A DNA stretch of 64,000 nucleotides. It comes from Eledone cirrhosa (lineage: Eukaryota). Shown piece after piece: positions 28,265 to 40,383 of the stretch. The notes below the pieces were generated by a model that was not told the DNA's origin, searched no databases, and saw only the letters and a list, made by a program, of their open reading frames with translations. Made by a program: the position numbers and the translations under genes. The stretch covers positions 45,198,001 to 45,262,000 of the forward strand of contig OZ024746.1 in the NCBI GenBank assembly GCA_964016885.1, in the 5' to 3' direction. How positions within the stretch are numbered: the stretch's first letter is position 1; the number at the start of each line of letters is the position of its first letter.

Positions 28265-31200
28265 TCGTCTACAGCGTGATGGTGCCACGCTAAAATCACC
28301 GAGGGTGATGAAATCACCGGTGTTATGTAACCATACATTCACCAATCCTCGATATGAGTGTTTCAATGTCGAACCTAAACAGTTCGAATAACGGTGAAGT
28401 GGAGAATGGAATGTCATGTGACAGACTCTCACCCAGCAGGTGCTCCCTGGCTCAGCAACAGGGACCTGGCTGTCAACCAAATACTGCTGGTGTCGGAGGA
28501 AGAAGAAGGATAGAGATCAGAACCAACTGGGTGCAATGTTTCCTGAAGAGTAACCCCAAGGAAAAAGGCTATAGGAAACGGATGCATAACATCTGGAACG
28601 AGATTGGTCTATTTAAATTAGATGAACAAAAATTGGCCGGGTAGGCTCGGGGTAATAAGAACTAATAGGTGGATAAGCGAGCTGGAACTGGAGGAACTTA
28701 GCAGAGAGATTAGGTTGGAAATGGAGAGTGGAGTATGCCAGGCAAACGAGCCAGTGGGAAATGAAGGTGAAGAGATTGAGAGAACGGAGGAACCATCCGA
28801 AGCAGACAATGATCTGAATGCTGAAATAAATAATACCTGGAACAAAGATACGACCATTGAGGAGATGAATGCTGACGGGCTAGGACCAGATTTGGTTGAT
28901 ATCCTAAACTTAGTGGCAGATGAAATGAATAATGATAGTGGGAAACCTATGAACCTAAGATTTGTAGACAGGAAAAAGTTAAAAGAAACAACAGCTAAGG
29001 TAAACAAAGTCATCCCATACCTTGAGGCGAGGAGCCTTCACCAGTGCAACAATATCCTCAAAGCAACAGCAAATGCGGCGAGGAAATTACTTGGCATAAA
29101 AGCGAGAGGAAACAACAAACAAGAAAGATCAGAACCTTAGTGGAAGAAACGACTGAATGGTCAAATCAGGGAAATGACAAATGACATTGGAAAGCTTGAG
29201 TCCCCACTAAAAAACATAGATACTAAAAATAGACTGGAAATAAAGTACAAAACTAGGAGGAAAAAGCTAAATATTATCATAGAGGAAGTGAAGCAACGGA
29301 TTGTAGCAAAGAATGCAAAAATTAGGCGATACGAGAGCAGAGTCAGTCAGTATAGACAGAACCGCATGTTTGACAACAACCAGAAGATGTTGTTTGGACA
29401 GCTTGAAGGGAAAGAAAGAGGCAACGACTTGATCCCTGAGGCGGAGCAAACTAAGACATTCTGGAGAGGAATCTGGGAGCAGGATGTTAAACATAATGAC
29501 CAGGCAGTGTGGATTGAGACAGTACAAAAGGAGATTAGTGAACAGGCGCACCAACAAACTGATTTGAGTATCACAGTTGAAACTCTTAAGGGGCAGGCCA
29601 AAAAACTAACCAACTGGAAATCACCATTAAAAATATAACATCGCTCCACCCGAAACTGACAACCATGTTCAATGACTGTTTGATGTCAGGTGAGGTACCA
29701 GAGTGGTTGACAAAAGGTACCACAGTTCTGGTAATGAAAGACCGAATCAAGGGTAATGATGTTACCAACTATAGACCTATCACATGTGTGTCCGTAATGT
29801 GGGAACTGTTGACAAGCATTGTGTCTGAGGAAATCTACCATCACCTCCACACAAACAACTTGTTACCGGACGAACAGAAAGGATGCCGAAAGAAGTCCCG
29901 TGGTACAAAGGACCAGTTACTTATTGATAAGATGGTAATGAGGAATTGAAAGAGGAGACACACTGGTCTTGCCATGGGATGGATAGACTACAAAAAGGCA
30001 TTTGACATGGTGCCTCATTCTTGGATCACCAAAAGCCTAGAGATCTTCAAGGTGGCAGATAACATCAGACAGTTGTTGAGCAAAAGTATGAAGTCCTGGA
30101 AAACAGAGTTAACATCAGCTGGAGAATCCTTGGGAGGCGTGAATATCAAGAGAGGTATCTTCCAGGGAGATAGTCTGTCCCCTCTGTTGTTTGTCCTTGC
30201 CCTGATGCCCCTGACCATTATACTGCGAAAAGTGAGAGCAGGATACAAGTGGGGAAAGGGAGAGCTTACCATCAATCACCTCCTCTTCATGGAGGATCTT
30301 AAGCTATTCGGGAAGAGTGAGAAGGAGTTGGGTGTGCTTGTTGACAATGTCCGTATTTTCAGCAATGATATATGTATGCAATTTGGTATTAGTAAGAGTC
30401 CTTGTGTTGAAGAGGGGTAAATTGAGCAGAGCAACGGAATCCAGGTACCAACAGGTGAGATGATAAAGGGAATTGACACTGAAGAAGGATACAAGTATTT
30501 GGGTATTCTGGAGGCTGATGACATCAAGAACAAAACAATGAAGGAATTGATAAGATCTGAATACATTCGGAGAGTAAAGAGCGTATTAAAGTCACATTTG
30601 AACTGTAGGAATGCCATAAGTGCAGTAAATTCCCGAGCTGTGTCTATTATTAGGTACAGTGCGGGAATTCTGAGATGGAATGTTGCTGAACAAAAAGAAA
30701 TGGATAGGAAGACTAGGAAGTTATTGACTATCTACAACATGTTCCACAAGAGGAGTGATGTCGATAGACTCTACTTAAGAAGATCTGAAGGGGTAAGAGG
30801 TTTATCAGCATAGAGGACTGTGTTCAGATGGAGAAAAACAACCTACACAAATACGTGACTTATAGTAAGGAGCCAATGCTCAGAACTGTACTGAAGGAGA
30901 GGACAATAGACCAGGGTATGTCCAAGGAGGAAATAACAACAAGGAGAAAGAGCAGCCTTCATGAAAAGACCCTTCATAGTACCTTCTTTGAGAAAACGGA
31001 ATTCAGGGATCCACAGACATGGAACTGGTTGAAATGAGGAGACCTTAAAAAGGCTACAGAAGGAATGCTAATGGCTGCGCAAGAGCAGGACCTCAAAACG
31101 AAGTGGTTGAAACACCATATTTACAAAGAGGAGGCTATCCCTCTGTGCAGGATCTGTGGAGAGAGAGAGGAGACTGTGGCTCACATTGTATCCGAGTGTA

Positions 31201-31757
31201 AACCCCTAGCCCAGATTCACTATGGGCAGGGTGATCCACTAGCACCAATTTACCACATTCTGAGAAGTGGTATGAGCATAAACCAGAGTCGGTGATAGAA
31301 AACGATCAGGTGAAGGTGCTGTGGGGTTTTAGGATACAGACGGACAAGAAACTGGAACACAATAGACCTGACCTGGTGGTTTTGGACAAGGAAAGAAGAT
31401 CGTGCCTGATTGTGGATGTGGCCAGCCCATTCGACACAAGAGTGCAAGAGAAGGAGAGGGAGAAAATTAACCGATACCAGGACTTAAAGTGGGAGGTAAA
31501 AAGGATTTGGAACTGCCATGAAGTCAAAGAGGTCCCGATTGTCATAGGCGTACTAGGTACTATCTCAAAAAGTTTCCAGGGATGGTTAAAGAAAATTGGC
31601 TCCTTCACGCTTTTTGAAAGGCTTCAAAAGGCATGCTTGCTGGGAACAGCAAGAACTCTCCGATACGTCCTGAATATCTGAGGCTGCAGGTAGTGGCTTA
31701 ATATTCATTTCATCAAACTTTACAGTTAACTAACATCAATGACTGAGACTCAAAGAA
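28265..31757 (+). mobile_element. R4/Dong-clade (RLE) non-LTR retrotransposon copy B, near full length, inactivated
   Basis: Single broken ORF 28354-31681: N-terminal Myb-like region, RT ([34 protein letters not shown]), CCHC CRICGEREETVAHIVSEC, and restriction-like endonuclease NRPDLV...VDVA...EKINRYQDL. (TAA)n tail at 31759-31806. Confidence 0.92.
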
Positions 31758-31758
31758 C

Positions 31759-31797
<39 letters not shown>

Positions 31798-32050
31798 TAT
31801 AATAATGTTTTCTTTATTAACCACAAGGGTTCACATAAAGTAGACATTAAGGACAGTACAGGACAATACAGGACGGTACAAATGGGCATTTCTGCGTGTA
31901 AAAAAAACAGAGGTTGAAATAAAATAACAAAGAAAAATTCCCCAATAGGGGGGAGACTTCCAAGGGACATTTGTGGAGAAAGCCCATTAAAAGACCACAG
32001 TGGCCCTGACCACCAAGGCAAGTGCCCTCTCCCAGTTTTCCACCTTTAAT

Positions 32051-35000
32051 TTACAGACACATACTCAGAGAAGGCCCATTCATTCGGGCCATACTTGCTT
32101 CTCTCACCCATCTTTCAACAAAATGCTGGGAAGAGAGCACTTCCCTCTCTACCCTGATTTTCCTTTTCAAATGAAATTTGAAAAAGTTAATCAGGGCATC
32201 ACCGAAGAGGTAAGTGCTCGTCTTCAGCCCTTTCAAACGTGTCCACCATACTATCTCTTTCGCCATGGCCACCAGACAGATAAAAACTGCCTGCCCTTCC
32301 AGGCTAAAGGAAGGGGGCGGGGCAATCCTCACGATGGACTCAGCTGATAGCCGGATCCGTCCTACACGTGACAGCAGGTGTTCGACATAAACCCACAAGT
32401 CAGCAATGATCGGACACTGGACGAGTGCGTGCAGGACGGTTTCGTCGCCCTGCGCGCATCTCGGACATGCCCGGCTGACAGCACCTCCATGCCTGTAGAG
32501 TTTATCCCGAACTGGCAAAGCTCCTCGGTAGCACTGCCAGGCCAGGGATTTCTGGAAGTTGTCCATAGGCCCCGGCCCGAAAGTCCTTCCGAAGAGACTG
32601 GCTAGTTGATTTTCGTCGACGCCTAGAGTTTCTCCAAGTACGTCGTCGCTCTTCCCCTCCACTAATCCCCTATAGAACGCCAAGGTGGAGTTTCCACCGA
32701 TCACATTGCCCGATTGGTCGAGGGCTGTGAGCGCCTGAAGACATTCCAGTCTCCAAGCGCTCCCTCTCGGTCTTCGCTTGACCCAGGACTGCAGCTCCGT
32801 CAAGGAGACGAGCTGAGGAAAAACGCGTCTTGCAAACGGCGACCACACCTGATCACCGTCGAGGAAGAGGTGGAGATGTCGTAGCCTGAGCGCGTGTCTG
32901 CGCATCATTAGCCACGGCATGCCCAGCCCTCCACGTAGCGGGTGTTGACAGCAGATGGACCGCCTGACCATCGGAGCGCGTCCCTTCCACAAGAAGCGAA
33001 AGAGCAAACGCTCCAGCGCAGTCAGGCGGGGCTTAGGACAAGGTACGACGGTCAGGCGGTAGTAGATGACGGATGCGATGTACGCATTCGCCACCTCCGC
33101 TCGACCTTTCAGGGATAGCTTCCTCTCGGCCCATTTCTGGGTGAGATAAGCCACCCTGCTCGTCACCTCGTCCCAGTTTTTGTCCGTCTGGAGGTCTGGA
33201 CCGAACCAGACCCCTAGCAATTTAACCGGTCCGTCCGTCCAGCGCCCGACGACGCTGTTGGACGGCATGGACCTGCCTCTCCAGGTGCCGAGCTGCAGGC
33301 CCACTGACTTTTCCTGGTTGATCATTGCTCCTGTCACCGCTTCGTATTCTCTTAGTGTAGTACCGATCGCCTCGATGTGTTTGGCGTTCGACACCACTAC
33401 GGTGACATCGTTGGCATATGCTGACACGGATCTTCCGCATCTTAGTTCGCGCGGGACCCCCCTCAACGTCTCCAGTTTGTGCAGTAATGGCTCGAGAGTC
33501 AATACGTACAATAGGGACGAGAGGGGACATCCTTGGCGGACCGAGCGCATGATGTTGAACGGTTCCGAAAGGTGACCGTTCACTCTCACTACAGAGCAGA
33601 TGTCGCTGTGCATGGCAGCGATCCAGCCTCTGAAGACGGGCCCAAAGCCAGCCGCCCTCAGGACTGCCGCTAGGTAACGATGGTCGACCCTATCGAAGGC
33701 TTTCGACTGATCTAAATTGATCAAAGACCCACCCGTGCCAGGTTCCCTAGCTACCCTCTCTACGATGTATCGCATGAGGTGGAGGTTGTCGTGGATGGAT
33801 CTGTCGGGAATGGCGCATGTCTGCGCCTCTCCCACCAGACCACCAACGACAAGCGCCAACCTCTTTGCTAGCACCTTGGCCAAAATCTTAAACTCTGTGT
33901 TTAGCAGAGTTATGGGCCTAAAATTATCTATGGTATCCCCCTTGTTCGGATCCTTTCTCAGCAGCGCCACCGCTCCTCGGCTCACAGAGCTGGGAATTCT
34001 CCCGTTCTGTTGCCAGTTGCAGTAGACGTCCGCCAAGAGGCCTCCGAACAAGTTTGGCATTTGTACGTAAAGTTCATAGGGGAGACCATCCAAACCAGGC
34101 GATTTACCCCTTGTGCAACTAGTCATTGCATCCCGTACTTCAGCGGTTGTTATCGGCTTTTCGCAACACTCCGCCTCAGTGGCCGAAAGCCGCGGCAGTC
34201 CGTCGAGGTAGACACTAAAGTCCATCCCTCTACCCGGCCCCCCGCTGCCCCCGAACAGCTGAGCGAAGTGTCGCTGAAAAGCTTCACACATTTGCCCGGG
34301 ATCGAGTAGCATGCGCCCGTCGTGGTCCACCAAAGACCGGATCGTGGCTTTGTTGCCACGACGCGCCTCCGCCACTCGGGCCCATTGAACGGCTTTCGTC
34401 CCCTCGTGTCTGAGAGCACGCACCCTAGCTCTGACAACGCAGCCTTCGTGCTTTGCATTGAAGAATTGGTCAAGAGCCAATTTCGCCGCAAGTACGTCGG
34501 TCGCGATGCCTTTGCTAAGCGCCTCATCTAATTTTCTAACTAATTCTCCCTCTACTCTATTTTTCTCTATTGCTAAAGTCTTACTAAACCTAATGGACTC
34601 TATTCTAATTGCTCTTTTCAGAGCAAACCACCACTTGTTGTTGACGATGCCCCCCGTCAACGCCCGCTTAACTAGTTCGCTAATCCGGTCTCTGTAGGCC
34701 TTGCGCGCTGGTAAGGACGCGTTTAGCTTCCAATAGCCGGGTCCTCGTCTATGAAGCCTATCTAAGTCAAGCACACAGATCACGAATTTGTGGTCCGTGT
34801 AGCTGACTATCTTGAATTGTGGACAGCCTATGCTAGACCTATCTATTTCCCTACAAAATACTCTATCTAGATATGATCTGGATGACCCTATGCGATTTGT
34901 CCAAGTCCACATTGGTACATTCGGGAAATCCATTCGGTACCTGTCAGACAGTTCAAAACGTCTGAGCAGGTTGGTGAGACTCTTGCACCCTCCTTCCCTA

Positions 35001-35470
35001 TCCACTAATCCCACACAATCCCAGCGTGCATCTAAGATCCCGTTCCAGTCGCCCACTAACACTAAAGAGCGGGACGTTCCAAGAAAGGTCTCCAGACGCC
35101 GGAAGAAATCAGGCCGCCCTGCTCCTGTCGGGGCATAGACGGCCACTAACCTGAAAGCTTTCCCGTCTCCGCTGGTCACGTCCAGCACCACCAACTTACC
35201 TTCTGGGTCCAGGAAGATGGCCCGTATGGCAAGATCCAAACCTCTCCGAAAAAGCACAGCAACTCCTCCCCCCGATCCCGGACGGCTGGGAGATGCGTAC
35301 ACATCGTAGCCGCCGAAGATCGGTGCGAAAGCCTGTGCTTCGGAGATTCTGGTCTCGCTGATGGCCACTACATCCATGTTTAGTGACCTGAGGTCGTTGA
35401 GCAGGTGGCCCTGCTTCCATGACGACCCCAAGCCACGCGCATTTATGCTGCCTATTCTGAGTGAGGTCAT
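32051..35470 (-). CDS. ORF2 polyprotein: APE endonuclease + reverse transcriptase + C-terminal CCHC (1139 aa); catalytic YADD mutated to YAND
   Basis: SINARGL, ISETR, VYAP, GDWN, SYLDR, TDH (APE). KSPGLDG, FRPITLLN, DQSKAFDRV, QGCPLS, YAND (RT). CPRC...H...C. Confidence 0.95.
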   Translation of the reverse strand: MTSLRIGSINARGLGSSWKQGHLLNDLRSLNMDVVAISETRISEAQAFAPIFGGYDVYASPSRPGSGGGVAVLFRRGLDLAIRAIFLDPEGKLVVLDVTSGDGKAFRLVAVYAPTGAGRPDFFRRLETFLGTSRSLVLVGDWNGILDARWDCVGLVDREGGCKSLTNLLRRFELSDRYRMDFPNVPMWTWTNRIGSSRSYLDRVFCREIDRSSIGCPQFKIVSYTDHKFVICVLDLDRLHRRGPGYWKLNASLPARKAYRDRISELVKRALTGGIVNNKWWFALKRAIRIESIRFSKTLAIEKNRVEGELVRKLDEALSKGIATDVLAAKLALDQFFNAKHEGCVVRARVRALRHEGTKAVQWARVAEARRGNKATIRSLVDHDGRMLLDPGQMCEAFQRHFAQLFGGSGGPGRGMDFSVYLDGLPRLSATEAECCEKPITTAEVRDAMTSCTRGKSPGLDGLPYELYVQMPNLFGGLLADVYCNWQQNGRIPSSVSRGAVALLRKDPNKGDTIDNFRPITLLNTEFKILAKVLAKRLALVVGGLVGEAQTCAIPDRSIHDNLHLMRYIVERVAREPGTGGSLINLDQSKAFDRVDHRYLAAVLRAAGFGPVFRGWIAAMHSDICSVVRVNGHLSEPFNIMRSVRQGCPLSSLLYVLTLEPLLHKLETLRGVPRELRCGRSVSAYANDVTVVVSNAKHIEAIGTTLREYEAVTGAMINQEKSVGLQLGTWRGRSMPSNSVVGRWTDGPVKLLGVWFGPDLQTDKNWDEVTSRVAYLTQKWAERKLSLKGRAEVANAYIASVIYYRLTVVPCPKPRLTALERLLFRFLWKGRAPMVRRSICCQHPLRGGLGMPWLMMRRHALRLRHLHLFLDGDQVWSPFARRVFPQLVSLTELQSWVKRRPRGSAWRLECLQALTALDQSGNVIGGNSTLAFYRGLVEGKSDDVLGETLGVDENQLASLFGRTFGPGPMDNFQKSLAWQCYRGALPVRDKLYRHGGAVSRACPRCAQGDETVLHALVQCPIIADLWVYVEHLLSRVGRIRLSAESIVRIAPPPSFSLEGQAVFICLVAMAKEIVWWTRLKGLKTSTYLFGDALINFFKFHLKRKIRVEREVLSSQHFVERWVREASMARMNGPSLSMCL

Positions 35471-35504
35471 GTTGAAAAGGAGTGGAAAAGATGGGAAAGA
35501 CCAC

Positions 35505-37475
35505 TTACCTTACTTCTCGTAGGAGAAGGACGGCTTTTCCATCCTTTTCACTGCTTGTGGCCTCCTCAGGAAGGATGTCCTTATAAATCCTCCTGGAGAG
35601 TGCTTGTCGGAAGTCTCCGATGTCTTTGGGGAATTTTTGTTTTAGTGTCATGTACGTTTTCTGTGTGATGCGAGTGATTTGTATGTGTGGAGGTGGTGTG
35701 AATTTTGGGGTTGTTGTGTAGTCTTTTTCTGTGATGCTGGTGTTGTTCAAATTTAATGCTGTGTAGTGTGTATCGTTTTGGTTGTTTTGTTTTGTTTGCG
35801 TTTGTTGTGGGTTTGTTTCTGTTTCGTATTTTGGTGACTTTTGTGGTGTAGGTGATGGTGGTGCTGGGGATAATGATGGTGATGGTGTTGGTGTTTGGGT
35901 TGATGGGGTTGGTGATGCTGGTGTGGATGGTGGCATATCTGTCCTAACTTTTTTGTTTCTTAGTTTATTTGTTTCCCTCTGTATTTTGTTTTTGGAGGGG
36001 GAAGGAAGAGAATTTTTTTCTTTTTTGGTTTCTTTTTTTTTTTCCGGATATCGTTTCCCACTCCTCGTCGTCACAATCTGTCTCCAGTTGTGATAGGCCG
36101 GGGAGTGGAAAATCCTCCACAGCCGTTAGTTTTGGTTGTGGTGTGGTGGATGGTGTAGGCGCTGGTGCTTGTTCTGAAGCGTTGGGTGGTGGTGGTGTTG
36201 GTTTTGCTGGTGGTGGTAGTGGTGTTGGTTTTGCTACTGTTGCTGGGGTTGTTGCTGTTATAGTTGCTTCTGTTGTTGCTGCTACAGTTGTTGCTGGCAT
36301 CCCTGCTACTGGTGGTGTTGATGGTTGTGTCACTGGGGTGGGTAGGAGAGGTGGCCTCAACCTTTTAGCCTGAGGGCAGAAAGCCCTTAGGTGGGTTCCT
36401 TCACCACAAACGACACATCTAGGTGTTCTGCCCTCGACAATTACCGTGAGGTGGCTGCCGTCAGTGAGGTCTATTACCTCTGGGATCTCCTCAATGCTTT
36501 TTTGGTCCGCTTGGATCAGGAGCTCCATCCCAGATCCGGACCAGTTTTCCTGCTTTTCTTTTGCTATTGTTATTATCTTCGTGTTGGCCTCGATGCCGGC
36601 GATGACAGCCGCTATTAGCCAGGGAATTTCGATGGCCGGTGGAACGTGGGTCACCCTGATCTTTACGAGTCTCTGGCCACAATAGCTTGGGACGAGTGTG
36701 AAGTCGTCACTTTTTAATGGGGCCATGGAGTGTTCTCTAGCCTCCTCTGGTGTTTCAAAGAACACATCCACGGTTCCATACTTTTGCCCACGTCTGATGT
36801 GGGTTTTTCTTGCCCACACATGTCCCAAAGCTTTTTGGATTTGGGACTCGGATGCCCGTTCCACTCGGCGCGATTTTACATTTATTGTTCTATACGACAC
36901 GGTGCACAGGCGCCGATGCTCCATTTTATTAGGTGGGGGGGGGGGGGGGGGTGAGGCTGACCCTGTACCCATCTTTCTTTACCATTTGTTTGGCATTTTC
37001 TAAATCTTCTTGAGTTACCGTGAACGCTTCGAATTGTTTTGCTACGATGGCGAAACTGAGGGTCGGTTTTATAATGTCATTGTTGTTGTTGTTGCTATCG
37101 TTAATATTAATTTTATTTTCAGTTGTGCTGGTGGTGACGTCAGTTGTCTTTGGTGGGGAAGAGTCCATTTTGCTTGATTTCATTTCGACGTCACGAGTTA
37201 ATTTATTTTTTTCTTCTTTTGTTTCTGTTGTCGCGGTGGTGGTGGTGGTGGTGGTGGTTGTCGCGGTGGTGGTGGTGGTGGAGGGTTTAACACCTGCAGT
37301 CATTGGTAATGGCGGGAAATGAATGTCTGCCTGAGACAAATTTAAAATATTGCTACTGCTTATATTTTTTTTTTGTGTTGGCAAACGTAGTAACATTTAC
37401 AATGGTGGTGTCGGTGTGAGGTGTTATTTTGTGAGGAAGGCTTTCAGCTGCTTCGTGCAGAGGGGAATTAGCCAT
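35505..37475 (-). pseudogene. ORF1 type 1 (gag-like, RRM-like region + single CCHC knuckle, Pro/Thr-rich), frameshifted, partly at homopolymer runs
   Basis: Pieces 36929-37396, 35965-36972 and 35505-36074. Knuckle CVVCGEGTHLRAFC. One shift lies at the G-run 36935-36951. Confidence 0.85.
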
Positions 37476-37684
37476 TTTTTTTCAAAGAAATTTTTGGATA
37501 ATAATAAAAGTTAAAATTTTGGGCACAAGGCCCCAATCTTTTTGGGTGTCCTTTTCGGAAAACAATGTATGTGTGCTTATAAACAGTTTACAATAAAATT
37601 TTCCATAAATGGCAATTTTTAAACAAACGGAAATAACAAACCTTTGCGGAGCTCACGATAATACGATTTCCTACGTAGGTCGCC

Positions 37685-37729
<45 letters not shown>

Positions 37730-38661
37730 AACAATTCCCTAAATGTATAGTGGTTTCATTTAGCATCAGGAAACAATTTTTTGAAACGATGATTTTTTGA
37801 AAATATGTCTGTCTATTATTTTCATTGATCATGAATAACTTGGATAGAAAGATACCTATCAGCTTCTTCCGTTATGCTGTATCTGTTTCCATTACGTGAA
37901 ACCTGGACAGGCAATAAAGATATTCCTATAGAATGTGATATAAGCGATTATTGGGGACAGAAAAATATTAACGATATTTACTTATACGAAAGAAAATAAT
38001 CTATTTGACATGAAGAAGATATGATCATTTTCACAACACTGAGCAAATAAATAATACATAGAAAACACACCTTTAAATTACTAACCAGAATAGTTTAATA
38101 CTGAATCTATATAACCAAATAGCTGCAGTTCAATATCAATATTTCTACATCAGATGTTGCCAGAGAAACTCTCTTAACATGACACAAATAATAACATCAA
38201 ATATTTTGTTAGTTTCAAATTACAATTGAATGAATTAGTTGCCGGAAAATGTGTAGTCTGCATATGCACGGAATTGCCATGTCGCACCTAGATATTATAT
38301 AATTTAGATCTACACTGTCGAACTGAGTAAAATTACTACGAAGAAAGATAAAGTAATAGAAAGGTGTTATATAACTCGATATTGATCAACTGAATAGACA
38401 AAGTTATTAAAATCTATAGAAACAAAACATGTTCTTTAATTAATATATTATGTCTAACTGATCGAAACATAATAATTAAAGAGACTGAAAAGAATACTGA
38501 CATTTTAACCTGCTGATAAATGTATCAAATATTGAAAGTGTGAAATAAGGAAAAAGAAAATATATCACTAAACATATACCATGCCAGTATATTGCACATC
38601 CAGTTATATTGGTTCCGAAAAAACTATACACATTTGCATGACAAGTTATTTCTGGTATACC

Positions 38662-38734
<73 letters not shown>

Positions 38735-40233
38735 ATAATGCACATGTATAATAGAAAGCATTTTCAAAAAAGTATATGCAATTATTTATCTAGAGTTTAC
38801 GAGACGAAGGGAATAACAGCATTATCTTTTGGAGCATCCTTTATAAAATAACTAATTTCTCTCCATGGCTTTTCACATGACATATCTGCTTCTCTGAGGG
38901 ATTGCATATATTGGAGTAACCCGCTATATCCACTGACAGACTAACAGAATGACCGGTATGAGTTTTTGGCTGTTTTAGCGAAATGTCCTGTTAAACAGTT
39001 GCAAGCACCTATCTCATCATACTTCCGAAATACCAACCTATCACCACCATGCAAGTGCATGATGGACAGTCCTTTTCTTCTAACTAACATGTACACATAT
39101 ACAAAAAGGACGCCTGCAGGAATTTTACAGCGACATTGGATTGGATACGAGTCCTACTTTTTTATATCACTAGTTTGTCACTATACTTGATTTCCAGATT
39201 AATCCTTCGACCCGGTAAGCAGCCGTGATACACTGATTTGACTGACCATTGAAAACCAGCATGTGGCCTTAATATTTATCTTTATGAAATGCCTTTCTCT
39301 CCCACCCCCGGTACTTATTCAGAACGCATATGAAGAGATGGGTCTGATTACATCTAGGAAGCCACTAGTAATGCATGAAGAAATTAAATTTATAATTTAT
39401 TTCTAACAATTGATGCGAAAGTGTTTCTAAAATGTCACGTGTGGAAAACTGATGTTTTTACCTGAAAAGGTTTGACAACAGCACAAGATATACATATATA
39501 CAGAAGAACATTGACTGCATTCATGTTATCAATTGCATCCATTTTATTGTTGTTCATGGTCCCAGTAGATAGAATGGTAAATGTGTTATCCTGATAGAGA
39601 TTAATATATTTTAAAGTACATGCGATGAATGAGGGTATATTTCCCAGTGGATGACATTTCAACCAACCTTAGCAGTAAATATTTCAGGGATCTTGGTACA
39701 CAATAATATATTTACTTAGTTTGTCGAATTTGAACCCTAATATACTCGACACATGATGAAATGACATCGTAATGCATTCAGTAGAGCTACTCATTATTTG
39801 CACTTTTGTTGCAGATTTCATTAAATATAGAAACACAGCTGACATACGCACAAAACCTTGCACTTGGTTTCGTGATTATACTTTTTTCTATTTCTAGATC
39901 TAACTATTTAGTCTTATACTTCAAAAGAATGTTCTGCCACTGGCAACTATGAAAATTCTAACACTGAATTAGAATCGATCTATTCAGATTCTACTAAACG
40001 TTTGCAATATTTACATTATTCCTTTACAGAGATCTGCTTAATTGAGTTCGCTACTTGGATATAAATTGATAACACGTCATTAACAACAACACCATCGCCG
40101 GCATAAGCTACAGAGTTAACAGGATATTACGAATAACAGTAGTTACGTCAACGAAACTGATTTGGAAACAATAGCAACATCCAAACACGATTTCTGTAAT
40201 ACCAACATTAACAAGAGCAACAGCAAATACTCA

Positions 40234-40265
<32 letters not shown>

Positions 40266-40266
40266 G

Positions 40267-40314
<48 letters not shown>

Positions 40315-40315
40315 G

Positions 40316-40378
<63 letters not shown>
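40234..40378 (+). repeat. (ACT)n microsatellite, 3' flank of Tx1 copy D
   Basis: Directly visible. Confidence 0.97.
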
Positions 40379-40383
40379 TAAAT

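Larger units (their letters stand above)
31807..37684 (-). mobile_element. Tx1/L1-clade copy C (5' module type 1), full length, inserted in the (TAA)n tail of Dong copy B
   Basis: 5' end GGCGACCTACGTAG and 3' end AATAAAGAAAAC, both abutting (ATT)n. Contains ORF1 and ORF2. Confidence 0.97.

Noticed and set aside
32051-35470. High GC/CpG of ORF2 versus the AT-rich host suggesting contamination or horizontal transfer
   Set aside because: Copies of several ages, including old fossils, are integrated in host microsatellites; composition alone is not evidence.
38800-39900. Possible BEL/Gypsy integrase fossil or host exons
   Set aside because: No convincing motif, ORF or splice structure by eye; needs a tBLASTx/HMM search.
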